NCBI GenBank assembly: GCA_015680685.1
Contig: MNCI01001065.1
Location: 1,325,447-1,389,446, forward strand
Length of the DNA: 64,000 nt
Source of the DNA: Gnetum montanum
Lineage: Eukaryota; Plantae; Gnetophyta
Direction: 5' to 3'
Positions 22,150 through 35,040 of this stretch are shown here, piece by piece. The position numbers were made by a program, and so were the translations under genes. The first letter of the stretch is position 1. Each line of letters starts with the position of its first letter. The notes below the pieces were generated by a model. The model ran no database searches, was not told the origin of the DNA, and was given only the letters and a program-made list of their open reading frames with translations.

Positions 22150-25100
22150 CTTGGTGTGGGTTAGGGGGCATGTAGAGTCTAGATTACACTACCCAATATT
22201 CCCCATGACCTTTATCTACTATGTTAAAGGGAAACTCTACACAAAGGACATCCTCTGAGAGGTCATTGGCTTCTACTACTTTTTTGGGTGGGTTCACCTC
22301 ATGCATTTCATTGTCTACCATAGGTGCATCATTAGGAAACTCAACCTTCAACCCTTGCTCCATATCTATGTTGTTGATGGCCAAAGGGGTAGCATTATCA
22401 CCATGGATGATAACTTCACCACCTTCGTATGGGAGGTGAATCTTTTTATGAATTAGAGAGGAGATAGCTCATAATTGGACCAGTGAAGGTCTATCCAATA
22501 TCAATTAAAGCCCAACATCTCATTAATGACAATGAACTCAATAGTGGTGGGGAATTGCTCCCCTATTACAAAATCTATAATTATAGTGCCCCTAACAATG
22601 ACATGTGATCCATTAAAGGATTTCAAGGATGTGGTTTTCATTAGCTTGATTTGGTCTGTGAGGCCTAACTTATCTATGATAGTGTATGGTATTATGTTTG
22701 TGGTTGCTCCATCATCAACTTGCACTCTATGAATCTTGCATTGCCCAATGCATATGGTAATAAACATTAAAGCCATTATGACCTTTTCCCTCTAATGATT
22801 AACCTTGATTGCCACATCATAAAATGCTATGGATGTGGAACTTGATTCCTACGGCATGGAGGAACAACATCACTACATGGTTGGAGTTCTCATATGCAAG
22901 GATGTCCTCCGTAATAGGAATGGATTTTAACATCTGCACTAGTACTTCTTGGTGGGTAGGGAAGGTCATGATTAGGTCATACAAGCTCAATGTCATATTT
23001 TTTGTTTGAGTGCTTGCTTGATTTAGGCTAATGTGTCCACGAAGTCCTTGACATTGGCCATGTTTTTGTTGGCCTTGACTTATTTCATGTGGCCTAGGAG
23101 ATGGATTTCTTATGGAGGTGACTTAGGCTTTGTTTACTTGGCTTGCTTAGGTGCCTCATTGCTCTCTTGAAATTTTTTGGTTGTGGCCTTTTCATTTGTT
23201 TTGGCCATGGGAACCACAAATATGGGAACTGGTTTTGGCAAATCCAACACTCTTTGGTCTTGATCTTGCCTAACCATTTCATCTATGAGATGTTCATTGG
23301 GTTTCCTGTGTTACCACCTAGGGTTCTACCCATGTTGCTAGCAAGGTTGGCCCTTGGATGGGAAGGGACCGATGCGTTGCCTACTACTAGGCTTTGGATA
23401 GGTGAGGAGCTAGCATGCTAGGGCACTTTGATGACAAAGGATGGCTGACTAGTTATAGCTAATGTGACATGCAGTGGAACCCTAACCATGAAGGATGTTG
23501 CAAGTGCTTGAGATGATACTTTGACAATGAAGGAGGGCCTCGAACCTATGGGGGCTAAGGGGATCCTTGCACTACCTAAGGGTACCTAGACCACGAATGT
23601 TTGCTACCTCAATTTTGGACCATCATCAATGCTGATAGCATTTATGATGTAGCTAGCATCATCTATGTTTAGAGGATCATTGTACATCCTCATGGACCAG
23701 TTTTGGGTTCTAATTAGATTCATAGTGTCAAGCACTAGCTTGCCTCTGTCTATCATCCTTTGTAGGTCATCTTATAAAGCTAGGCAAAAATCCATGCTAT
23801 GGTCAAGAAATTTGTGGTAATGATAGAATTGGTCAAGCCTAAAATGTCTTGGGCTTGGGGGATTGTTTGGTGCTACCAAAGTGGGGTTTCTTAGCAACTC
23901 GTAGTATTTTTCATGTTTTTTGTGAGCATCCTTAGACATTTGCTTGTATTGGATGTGTCTAGCTTTTAATAGTTGTTCTAGTAACTTTGAGGGCTTTAGC
24001 AGCAATGGGGTATACTTAGAGCAATCCTTGCACTCAAAGTTGGGCCTTTAAACAACTTGCATTGTGGCCACTAAGGATGTAGGCTGGTTGGTTGCCTTGA
24101 CACTAGAGTTGGTAGCTTTGTTGTTAGTCGGGGCTTTGGGCTACTTGGCTCTGGGCCCCCAATTGATTACTTTGGCCTCCTTGGCTACAGTTGCCATTAT
24201 TGTGTTTTGCTTTTCCTTATTCTTGTCTCTCCTTACATGCTAGTTTTTTTAGGCCACATAGGCTAGGTCCTTGCTAGCTTTTGTTGCATTCTCTATGCTT
24301 TTGGTTTGAGCAAAGGCTTGGCTTAGGGACTATAGGCCCAAGTAGTACAACTTCAACTTTATAAAGTCATTAACTACACCCTTAAAAATGGCCAAGAGAT
24401 GTGCTTCTGCCATTGACTCTCATATTTTATTTAGTGAGGCACTCCAACGTTGAATGAATTTCTACATGGGCTCTAGGTGGCCTTGCTTGACTTGCATTAG
24501 TTGATCTAAAGTTGCCTCTAGCTTCAAATTGTTTTGAAGCACATTATGAATTATCTTAAGAGGTTCTCCAAAGAGGATATAAAGCCTCTAGGAAATGCAT
24601 GGTACCAATCTAATACTTTGCCAATCAATGACATGTTGAACACACATGTGATGGCATGCAACCATGCTTGCAACAAGAGGCACTCAAACCTAAATATGAC
24701 CAAATGTGCATTGGGATCTCTCTCACCATTGTATTTGATGAATTTAGGCAAGGGGACCCCAACTAGTAGAGTTAGAGGTGGGATTGCAGGACTTATACAG
24801 TCATCCTAGTAGAAGTCCACCACTTTGATAGTTTCAAAGGAGGTAGCTTTGAGCTGCTTCACCTCTTCTAGTAAGCTTTGGATCATCTAGAATGCCTAGT
24901 CTAGGTCTTAAGACACTTCAGCTAGTTGTGCTAGTTGTGCTATGTGTTGTTGGGTTGGCTATGTGTCCCATGGCCTAGTTGTAGGTTGTAGAACCACATG
25001 ATGTGCTTGATGCATAGGCCATGCTATGGGGACAATGACTAGTGGAAGTAATGCATATGTGGGTTGGACTGACATTGTGGATGTTAATGAAGTAGGCAAG

Positions 25101-25850
25101 ACGTAACGTGCCTGAGTCATTTGCGGCCTAGGGATAGACCCAGCATGGGCATATGGTTGAGCTAATATAGTTGCTATGGGTAGAGATAGCTGAATGGGTT
25201 GTGATGATGCTACAAAGGGAAAGTTAAGGGGAGCTACTACATCATAATGCATGTATTGCATATGATAAATTGCTACTAAAGATGTTAACCTAGGCCTAAT
25301 GGAGTCAGAAGGTGATGCTAGTGCTATGACCATCTTAAGGAGAATGGGTGAACTAAATTGAGAAGGGACCGGATTAGGGATTGTTCATTGGAAGGTAGTG
25401 TGCAAGGGGCCCTCATGCTTAGAGTGAGCTTCAAACTTATCCTCTTCCTCATGTAGGGCTTCCTCATAATCTATTCCTATGTCATGCTTACCTACATCAC
25501 ACTCACCTTCTTGAATGAGTTAGGTTAATAGTTGATGATCAAGCTCTATGAGTGGGATAATATCAAATGAGGAGGAGATATACTCCCATCCACCTTGATG
25601 GATTAGCTCATAGTTTCAGTTTGCCTCCATGTTAGAATGATTTACAAATAACCCTACTTGAATCTTCATGCATATAAAGTTGTATTGCTTATTGCTTGAC
25701 ATAGCATATTCTAGGTCTTGATCATGTAACCTAAGGGATTGCCTTTTTACTACCATTACAACACTCCCAGGGTTGTCAATACTAGTATCATGTTGGATGG
25801 ACAAAATGTCAAGTGTGTTTAACACTAACATCAAAGGGTGATCTAGATTC
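22150..25850 (-). pseudogene. gag: E2 gag-protease, decayed
   Basis: PKFIKYNGERDPNAHL; SLIGKVLDWY; FRLDQFYHYHKFLDHSMDFCLAL; RVQVDDGATTNI. Confidence 0.9.
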
Positions 25851-25904
25851 ATGGTCGGAGATTAGGTTGCAAGGGGGAGACTACAAGGGTTGCTAACTAT
25901 AAAA

Positions 25905-26150
25905 CATGGTGAACTATGTTAAAACTAACTCTATTTTAGCTAACACCACTAACGACATTCTCCATGTTAGAGAGTAGATTACACTGACTATGCTCTCCAC
26001 ACTGGAGAGTGGCCTACATTGACTATGCTCTTTACACCAAAGAGTGAACTATGCTAACTATACTCTCCATGCTAAAGAGTAAACTATGCTAACTACACTC
26101 TCTATGCCAGAGAGTGGACTATGCTAATTACATTAAAGAGTACTATCCTC
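25905..26150. repeat. ~35-bp tandem array in the E2 5' UTR
   Basis: gactatgctctccacactggagagtggcctacatt-like units, about 6 copies. Confidence 0.8.
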
Positions 26151-26324
26151 CAACTAAAGAGAAAGGGCACTTAGTAATAGTAGAAACAAGTGTGATTTGA
26201 GGTGCTACATAGGGTCCCAAAGGGATTGACTATGGGGTCTAATCTACGCTGACATGTTGATAGACAACTATGATGCAAAGAGCATGTAAGACAACCACAA
26301 TGGAGTCTGAAAAGGTGTTTTGAT

Positions 26325-26340
26325 CCTCCTTCTAGCACCA
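26325..26340 (-). other. E2 primer binding site, tRNA-Asn
   Basis: TGGTGCTAGAAGGAGG on the minus strand. Confidence 0.8.
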
Positions 26341-26347
26341 GAAACTA

Positions 26348-27780
26348 TGGCAACCAAAAATGTTGGTGGCTAGAACACTAAGGTCCATGGGCGCATAGCC
26401 TAGCCCTAAATCCACATGAGGGCCTATTGGAGGTAGAGATGGAGCACCCTGAACAATTTTTCCAATCAAATAAGTAGTTACCATATGTAATGGGGGTGCA
26501 ACATGGTCAGCTACAATGCTGATGCAAGATGGTGTTAAGTGTGTAGGTAGTGTTTGTGGCATTAACAGTGTTTATAGTGTCAACGATGTTGAACGTAGTC
26601 ATAGGTGCTAGAGTGGGGATAGGCATAGTCAAAAGTTTTAGAAAAGTGGATAGTGTCAATGCATGTAGACCATTGCCCAAGTGTAGTTTTAGGCATAGCC
26701 ATGTAGTAAAATAGCAAAAAATGCAAGTAAAGTGTGAAAAATGCAAAGAAAGAGAGAGAGAAGAAGAACACCACCCCAAATGGTGTTGAGTTTAGTTAAT
26801 ACCAAAAGGGGTTAGAAGTTGTTTAGCCATGAAGACTGACATTCTACTAAGGTGTCTATGTCTACTAAGTTCGCTACCATGGTGTAGAATTGGCTATGGT
26901 GTTTTATTGGGCTATGGGGGCTTGTAGTCATCTACAACTTCGCCTCTTCTTGGTTTACCAAAATGCCTTTAGTTCTTTCCCAAGCACTCCCTAGATTTTC
27001 TAATCCTTTAATTTTCCAACCTTGAGAACTTTGAGGGCACAAGTATTTATAGGTCTAGGGTTAGCAAAAAATGTAGGATGGCTACCATGTGTCGGAGGGA
27101 GCGGTTGGGACTACACTCAGCATAGTTACTATTCATGTGGTGTACCAATGGGGCTGGTGGTGTTGTGCTTTTCTATGCTTTGTAAGACTATGAGATTGTG
27201 ACTACACTACCAACTGCATGTGTTTGCCAAGAAGACTACAAGGTATCTAAAAAATGAAATCTAGAGACTATTCTGCATGAAACTATGCTCTTCACAATCT
27301 CTCATGGGGTTGAGTGTAGTTACAATTTTGGGGCAAAAGGATATACAAAAATGAGCATTTTTCCGACTATGCTCACCAAATGTGAGTTCACTACATTTTG
27401 GACCTAAGTTGAGTGTTGTTGTTGTACTGTGTAGGCCTCTAGACAGTATTCTAGCTAACTATGCTCTCCACGGGAGGCTGACTACGCTCTAGGTTAGGGG
27501 AGAGCATAGTTCCAAGACATAGAAAAAATTTGCAAAAACTAACTTCCTACTAACTACGCTCTCTACAAGAGGCTAACTACACTCTAGGTTGATGGAGAGT
27601 GTAGTCTCAATGCTAGTAAGATCTGTGGGAAAATGGGGTTTTTTAGACTACACTCTTTATGGGAGGCTAACTATGCTCCCAACTAGAGGTGAGCATAGTC
27701 TCAACACTTAGCCAAAATTTGCAAAATTTTCCCTCCTACTAACTACACTCTTGATTGGAATCAAGCATAGTATCAACATG
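26348..27780 (-). repeat. E2 5' LTR (distal end uncertain or truncated) with ACTA(C/T)GCTCTCC dyad array
   Basis: Begins TG 7 nt from the PBS; TATAAATA on the minus strand at ~27045-27052; ~95-bp units with inverted arms at 27457-27771. Confidence 0.65.
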
Positions 27781-27784
27781 TAGC

Positions 27785-28235
27785 AAATACTTTACAAAGT
27801 GGGTTGAGTCTATTTCCCTAAGGAAGACTACATCTGAGAAAATCTACAAATTCATCCTAGATAACATTGTAGCTCATTTTGGCATACCTATGACCATATT
27901 TATAGATAATGGACCATAATTTAGTAGCTAGAAAATAAAATATTTTGGTCATGACCTAGGCATTAAGCATTCTTTCTCATCACCTTATTACCCTCAAGCC
28001 AATGCACAAGCAAAAGAAAGCAACAAGGCCATCATCAACTTACTCAAAAAGATGCTCAACAAAAGCAAGCACAAATGACCTGAGAGGCTTATCCATGCAC
28101 TGTGGGCATAGAAAACAGCCTATTACATGGAAATTGATGTAAACCCTTATATCATTCTTTATGGTTCTAAATCTATGTTACCTCTTGAATTGTAGGTGCC
28201 ATCACTTCAAGTAGCCTTGATCAACTTCATCAATA
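27785..28235 (+). pseudogene. Tat-type integrase core fragment
   Basis: YFTKWVESISLRKTTSE...HFGIPMTIFIDNGP...SSPYYPQANAQA...[12 protein letters not shown]...LPLEL*VPSL. Confidence 0.9.
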
Positions 28236-28360
28236 AGAAGTAGAATAAGGAGTTCTCTAACCCATTTATCAAGTAGAATAAGAAGTAGAATAAGTAGAAT
28301 AAGTAGCCTTGATCAACTTCATCAAGTAGCCTTGATCAACTTCATCAAGTAGCCTTATTC
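28236..28360. repeat. Patchwork filler of short local duplications at a junction
   Basis: Reiterated agtagaata and agtagccttgatcaacttcatca, plus copies of downstream 28400-28430 sequence. Confidence 0.8.
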
Positions 28361-28439
28361 ATTTTATTTCTATTAGCTTTCTTCACTATCTTCTTTTTCC
28401 TCAACCCATTTATATTCATAGTTCTCTAATTATTAAACA

Positions 28440-30212
28440 AATTTGGAAGATATGATGTAAGATTAGTAAGTATTGGAATTAAAATTATATTATAGTTTCA
28501 AAAGATATGATTACATGATTTAGTCCATGATGGGTTCATTTTAATGAAGGATCTTGGGCTACTAATTCATCTAAATTACATACCACTCAGAGAAAATTTG
28601 GTACCACTATAATTTCTTATCTATGTATGCATGATAGATGGATTACATAAAATGAATTCTCTAGTCTCTATGGTTTGAATAGAAAGAGGAAAAAGAATTT
28701 TGAAAAATTAATTTCTAATTTGAAAAATTATTTAGAGTTTAAAACAATTTGCATTAGGCTTTTCCAGATATTTTTTTAATGGATGGTAGATTTTTTTTTC
28801 TTTTAATTTCAAAGTTTCTTACAAGATTATTATAAAGAAGGATTTTATTCATAAAAAATTCAATAAGGCATGGAAAATGCAATTACCTTCATAGTATTAG
28901 ATGAAGAAAATGAAAAATATTTAGAAAGCTCATACATTTTCTAAAATTCACATTTTTTATGTTGTCTTATTTATCAAGGGCTTTTTGTCAACACTTCAAC
29001 ATATGAGAATTGTTTCTTCTCAATGTTCTCTTTGTGGAAGTAAACATTCATTTTTACATATTTTTTTGGAGTATCCTATTTCTCAACATGCTTAGAAATG
29101 GATATGTAAAATTTGTAATAACTTTCAACCAAACATTAATTAAATCATTCTTAGTGATCAACCTACTTTATCTACTTCCTTTCTTTACATTTGGAAGTAT
29201 CTTTGATTCCTTGTTCTAGACTGTATTTATAAGATTTGGTGTATAGTTATTTTTTAATAGTAAGAGCATAATTATGATCTTTATTTAAGATTTAAAAATC
29301 ATTTTTTCAAATATGTTACTAGCTCAAGAAAAAGAGCTCCTAGTAAAAGCTAAATAATAAATTTATTTTTTACAATATTAATTTCATTTTGTTTTGAAGG
29401 CATCAGGATAGCAAGCTTTCAGCCTATATTGCAATTTGTTCATTATTTCTAATTTTTGTGTTCTTATACCTTTAGAGATATTTTTTTTCTTTTCTTTACA
29501 AGAAACACTTTAGTAAGAAGTAAAAATTCATGAGGGTGCTTTTGAATAAGGGCAAGGTTTGATCCTTTTCATACCCTAGAGGGAAGGTTTTTCAAGATTG
29601 ATTGTAAGAATGAAAACCTAAAAAAGCATCTCCAAAATAGTACCATGCCATTAGTTGATGAAGTTTCCATTTCCATTTCAACATAGGTAATTACTAGATT
29701 TACAAGATTCATAAATCAAGTAAGCATAGGAGGGGGATTTCATCCTCAACCATCATCCCCTACCTCTTCTCACTAAGATGGCATGTATTGTATTTTAGTC
29801 ATGATTAATCTTGTTCATTTATAAATCCTCCATATTGACCTTATCAAGTGTATAGTTTCTATTATGTATTTTGGAATGTTAAAGCTATGAGACAAGCTTT
29901 TCTTAGTTGTGAAAGAATGATGAGTTATCTAGTGACATTTTGTAAGTTAATTGTAAGCCTTGGACTTGGGAAGTATCATGTGCATCTTATGTTTATAGTT
30001 CTAGCATGTTTGGTTAAGGTGTGTGCCTCCTAGGCATTCATCCTGGCTTCTTGTATTATCTTTTCATATTTTGTACATGTCTTAAGTCCCTTAGGATGTT
30101 TTTAACCTTATCCAAGATTCTTGCAATCCTTGGGACATGTTCTCCTTGGTCTCAACTCTCCCCAAGACTATTAGTTTATTATGGACTGTAGGAGGGGTGA
30201 TGCACCCCTTAC
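28440..30212 (+). mobile_element. Highly decayed LTR-element 3' end (possible coding remnant, PPT, LTR)
   Basis: Purine tract agggaggggg at ~29728, TATA-like ttataaat at ~29819, end ...cccttaca at 30212; the coding signal is weak. Confidence 0.35.
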
Positions 30213-32099
30213 ATTAGTGTTATTACTAAACCTTATAAGAATTATAACCTGGAATTGCTAAGATGCATTGTAAAATCTATAAATACCTGGGTTGATTTAT
30301 CCTCACATCACTTTTACATACTTAAAATTTTTTCATTTCTAATTTGCTTTTTGACATCCATTTTTGTATGAAGAGCTTATGTGTATAATCCCACTTATCA
30401 TGGTTGGTGGTGTTGTGGATAGAATCATCATATATCCAAGATTTAAAATAATCATATGCAAAATAAGTTAAGCATTTTGTGACTACCAAATGATCTAAAG
30501 AAATGAATCTCTAAGTTGAAAGGGAACTTGCAAATTGTTAGAAATTCTAATAATTTGTGGTTTTTTATTCTCCAAAAATAAGCAAAAAAGAGTGCATAGA
30601 ATAGCTAGTAAAAGAAAAGTAGATGCAATGAAAAATAAAAAACATATGTGTAATGTAATGCAAAAGAAAATATTCCATAGAATGAGATCTGCAAAGAAGT
30701 AGACTGTACATGGTTAGAAAAAAAATCTGTGAAAAAGAATTGTATAGATTTTATAAATTAAATAAAATAAACTGAGCCTTAAATCAAGAGGATAGAAAAA
30801 TAGATTTTTTGTAACATTGATGAAAAATAGAGAAAGAAAAAATGGAATGAAAAATAGAGAAACTTAAAAAGATGTAGTAATGATCCCTTGAGATAAAATC
30901 AATAATCAAGGATGGCTGGAGAGGAGCCATGTTATCTTATCTCTTTTCCTTAATGCTTGTGCATAATGAAGATCTCTCAACTAGATAGAACTGATACAAA
31001 TTAAGAACTAACAAAATGTTATAATAAGGGGTTTGAATCAAATTTATCCATGAATCTAGATCCAATGGGGTTTTTCATGCATCAGGAGGATAGTACAAAG
31101 GGGATACAATGAATCAGCAAAATAGGCAAAGAAAAAAAAAGGGTGGGGGGGTGTGGTGGTGGAGAATCAAAGATAGAGACGCTAATATGTGTAAAAGAAG
31201 GTATAGAAATAAATATTGTTATAGAGAGCTTTCTCTTTATTCAGAGATACTTATTTGGCCTTACCATTGTAGAACATGAAAAGAGAAAGGGACAAAGAAA
31301 TATAGGAAGATAAGAAAAAGTGAAAGTAGAAAATAACAAATAAGAGAAAAGCATGTTAGAAACATTGCTAATAAACCAATGGTGAAGTGATATGTTATAG
31401 AAGTGGGACATCACTGCATCATTAAAACCAACCTCTCACTTATCTCATTCATATGAATAATCACACTTCTTATGTTACTGTACACTTAACACTCCCTCAC
31501 TATATCAGACGAGAGACTTTCATTTGACCTCACTAATGCTGAATATAGGGATGAAAGAAAATAAATGAAGAGAGGAGATGAGAGGAAGAAGAGAGAAATA
31601 TAGTACAAGAGAGAAAAAATTCTTAGAATGTAAATAAAGAAATTAAAAAGAATAAAAGTGGAGAAAAACAAATATCACGTATACAGTTGTCATGATGATA
31701 AGGTTATGTCATAGAAGTAGGACATGGCTAAATCCTATATATTGTATGGCTAAAAAGAATGTCATATACATATATTGTCAAAGTAATCCATGCTTGTTTC
31801 ACTTAATAATATGATCAATGAAACCATCACATGAGGCAATGAAATATTCAATCATTAAAAAATCTCACTAGTTGTTCTAAGCATATAGAGTAAAATTGGA
31901 TAGATAGCATAGAGAAATATGAAGAAAAGAGCTAGAAAATAGTTAAATGTGAAAAAAAGAGGAGTAATATGAAAAATAATGAAAAATAAAATAGGTTTTA
32001 GAGGAAACCTATTATCCCGATGAAGTACATATCTTGTCGTAGCATAAATGAGCTAATCATAAATAAATTGTTGCTTTGTTTCAAATAGTCAACAGGTTA

Positions 32100-35000
32100 A
32101 ATACTATAAATTCCCACATGTGGTAGTGCTTTACAAAGCTTTTGTTTATGGATCTAAAAACTAATATGCTTCCAAATCAGATAAAATATAATCATCATTT
32201 TGTAAACATTAAACCACTAGAAAGAAAACTCTACAAGTTGGAGGAGAACTTTGTATCTTTGGAGTTTGGAAAATGGCAAAGGACTAGATCACCTACATAG
32301 ATATATTTAACTTTGACATGTCTAGAGTAATGATTTTGGATGTCTTCTTTATATCCATGTAGATGTTGAAGAGTAACTTACTGTTCTTCAAGAAGATCCA
32401 TCTCAACGCATCACATGTTATTGTTATCTATAACTATAAATGAACTACATGTGCTTGCATGTTTTATATTACAAATTATAGATAGAAAACACATTATTTA
32501 TAAAACTATAGATAGAAAACACATGTTTTATATTACAAATTATAGATAGTAAACTATAAATGAACTGTATGTTACTTTTGAGGAGAACTTTAGTTCCCCC
32601 CTATACCAAAACCTAGGGAGTTTAATATCTACATACAACATTGGTAGCAAGCATCCTTTGATGTTAACATCAAAGACTAGGATTAAGGTTTCTTCCTTAA
32701 TGTTATTTTTGTGCATCATTTATGTTTAAGGAAAATATTCATATATTTTTGTTATAAAAATCAAGTATGAATAACATTAAGAAATAATATGTGATATTAA
32801 ATATTATTATGCTTAATAGTTGTATTAAGTTCTCGCAATAATACAAATAATGTTGCATCATTTTTAATTAACTTCCATTGTGTATCATAATAGTTATGAA
32901 AATGATGTGGTAAGTCAATATTGTATCATTACCTACCAACCAATGTTACTAGCTAACAAAAAAATAAAAGTAAGTAGAATCATGATTAAGTATCAATGTA
33001 AACATTTAATGCTAGTCCTAATAGCTACTAGTAGATGGTCAACACTTATAAAAAGTAACAAACAAAGGAGATTAGTTTTTTGAAGATCATGCATATAATG
33101 TTATTGTATTAGTAATAAAACTTTGAGTAGTTGTGTAAGAAGGATAAGGAAAAGCTTTTTTCTTATGACTAGGTATGTCAAGTTCTTCAAAGCCTAAGTC
33201 AAAAATTACAATATTAAGATTAGACTAATCATTTAGATCTACCAAGTAATTGGTATCAATAGAGCCTTGAAAAGAATAGGTAACTATATATTTATCTACA
33301 AGTTCAACTTTAATATTAGTGGGTTCATTACTAAGTCGATAAGGTTGTGCTTCATAATCTAGATAATAAACACTCATAATTTGTATATCTATTGAAATGA
33401 TTATTTCATCGTCTTGAAAAGTAAAATGGGTTTCTTGATGTATAGGAAATGACACTACATGATGTTAAGCTAACATAGGATGCTCTAGTATTCTACTTAC
33501 ACTAGCACATTCACATATAACCATGAAAAATATTTAGATTGTATAAAATTATCTTCTATAAATGACAACCTAATGGAACCTATAACTTCTACTCATGTAC
33601 TATTAAAGGAAATGATATAAGTATAAATTTTATTAATGATTACCTAATTATGAAAACTAAAATGTTGGATAATAGCCCATGTGATCATGTTAGAACTAGT
33701 GCCATCATCAACATGTATTAGTAGGATTGAAGTATTAAGTGATACTTTGATATTAATGTAGAGTGGTAGCTGATAGATATATCATGTCTTTAAATCAATT
33801 TTAATATTCTCATCATGAACATTCAAACTATCTTATCCATAATGAAGAACTTGAAAAAAGGATGATATATCCTCTATCTAAGCTAGAATGTTACTTGGGA
33901 CCACAATTCTTTTTAAAACATCCCATAAAGTAGCATAGTTCTCTTTAGAGGTTACTATGAGATCATACAAGGATAAGTTAGTTTCTTTTGAACTGACAAT
34001 AGTAGTCATTTGTAGTAAGAATTTATTATCCATTGACTAAGATGATTGGTAAGCAAGTGTCACTGTGATTGATTGTATGGGATTAGACAAAGATGGAAAA
34101 CCACTTGAAAGAATAAGTTTCTAACATTGTTGAAAGAAAACATTCTTTGATATTTTGAAAAATTTCTTAGATGCATCGATAACTTTCTCCTTCTATTTTT
34201 TTGATTGTAACTCATTGATTTAATAGCTATAGGTAAGGATTTTTACTTCTAGGAATTGAAAATAGGTGACTAGATGATTAGGATATCATAAATAAAAGGG
34301 TATTTTGAAATTTAGAATGATATGGAACATGATGAAAGTAAGAAGGACATGTGCATTGAGTAGCAAGAGGAGAGTGATATGAATGTGTAATAGGATGAGA
34401 TGTAACAAGATTTTTATTAGTTAGAACAATGTTAATATGATAATAAGATGGAGAAGGGTGACTTGGCTTTATTGGAGTGGTGGTGTAGTCTAACTAAGGA
34501 AATACAGAAGGCCTTTGTAACTATGATGAAGATTGTTGATGATGCTCATAGTTTGACCAACAAATGATGTATGGCTCCCTAGTTGGAGAGCTACAAGCAT
34601 TGTGTTCAATCTTAAAAGCTAAAATAGTGTTTTCAACTCTCAAGGAATTCTAAAATACTTCCAACTACTAATTATCTAGATGCATAGTGGATGGCTCATT
34701 TTCCACTACTATTCTTTCCTTACATATGAGATCTTGAATATCATCCTCTAGGTTTCTATATTTATCTATGTCATGATTGGTGGTCTCATGATAATAGTAG
34801 TTAGGTATCTAAGGATCACCTTCTTTTCTCTAAGTAGGATCCATTTCTATAATTTGAATATAGTAATAATTTACTCTTTCCAAATCAAAAAATTTTTTTC
34901 TCTTAAGATTTCCATTCCTAATAAGGTTATTAAAAAGTAGAGAATACCTTAGGGGTATCTTAGTATATTGATATCTATTTTTTTGAGGGTTGTGTTACTG
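32100..35000 (-). mobile_element. Very old Tat-like relic (gag knuckle, protease, INT C-terminus)
   Basis: YYHETTNHDIDKYRNLEDDIQDLI (~34720-34800); LSLYDLIVTSKE (~33970); HVDDGTSSNMI (~33700); VSFPIHQETHF; INT YVGDLVLCHF...KFSSN (~32290). Confidence 0.7.
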
Positions 35001-35040
35001 AGTTGAAGAAGAAATAGTTGAGGAAGTATTACTAGAATGG

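Larger units (their letters stand above)
1..27780 (-). mobile_element. E2: old Tat-lineage Ty3/gypsy LTR retrotransposon (5' LTR, PBS, gag-PR, repeat array, antisense accessory gene); interrupted by E1; 3' part lies outside the window
   Basis: PBS at 26325-26340; decayed gag-PR at 22150-25850 homologous to E1/E3; accessory gene continues across the E1 insertion (3575 joins 20590). The right boundary is approximate. Confidence 0.8.

Noticed and set aside
30220-32030. Possible LINE or other coding remnant in A-rich sequence
   Set aside because: No diagnostic motif could be read in any frame; left unannotated.
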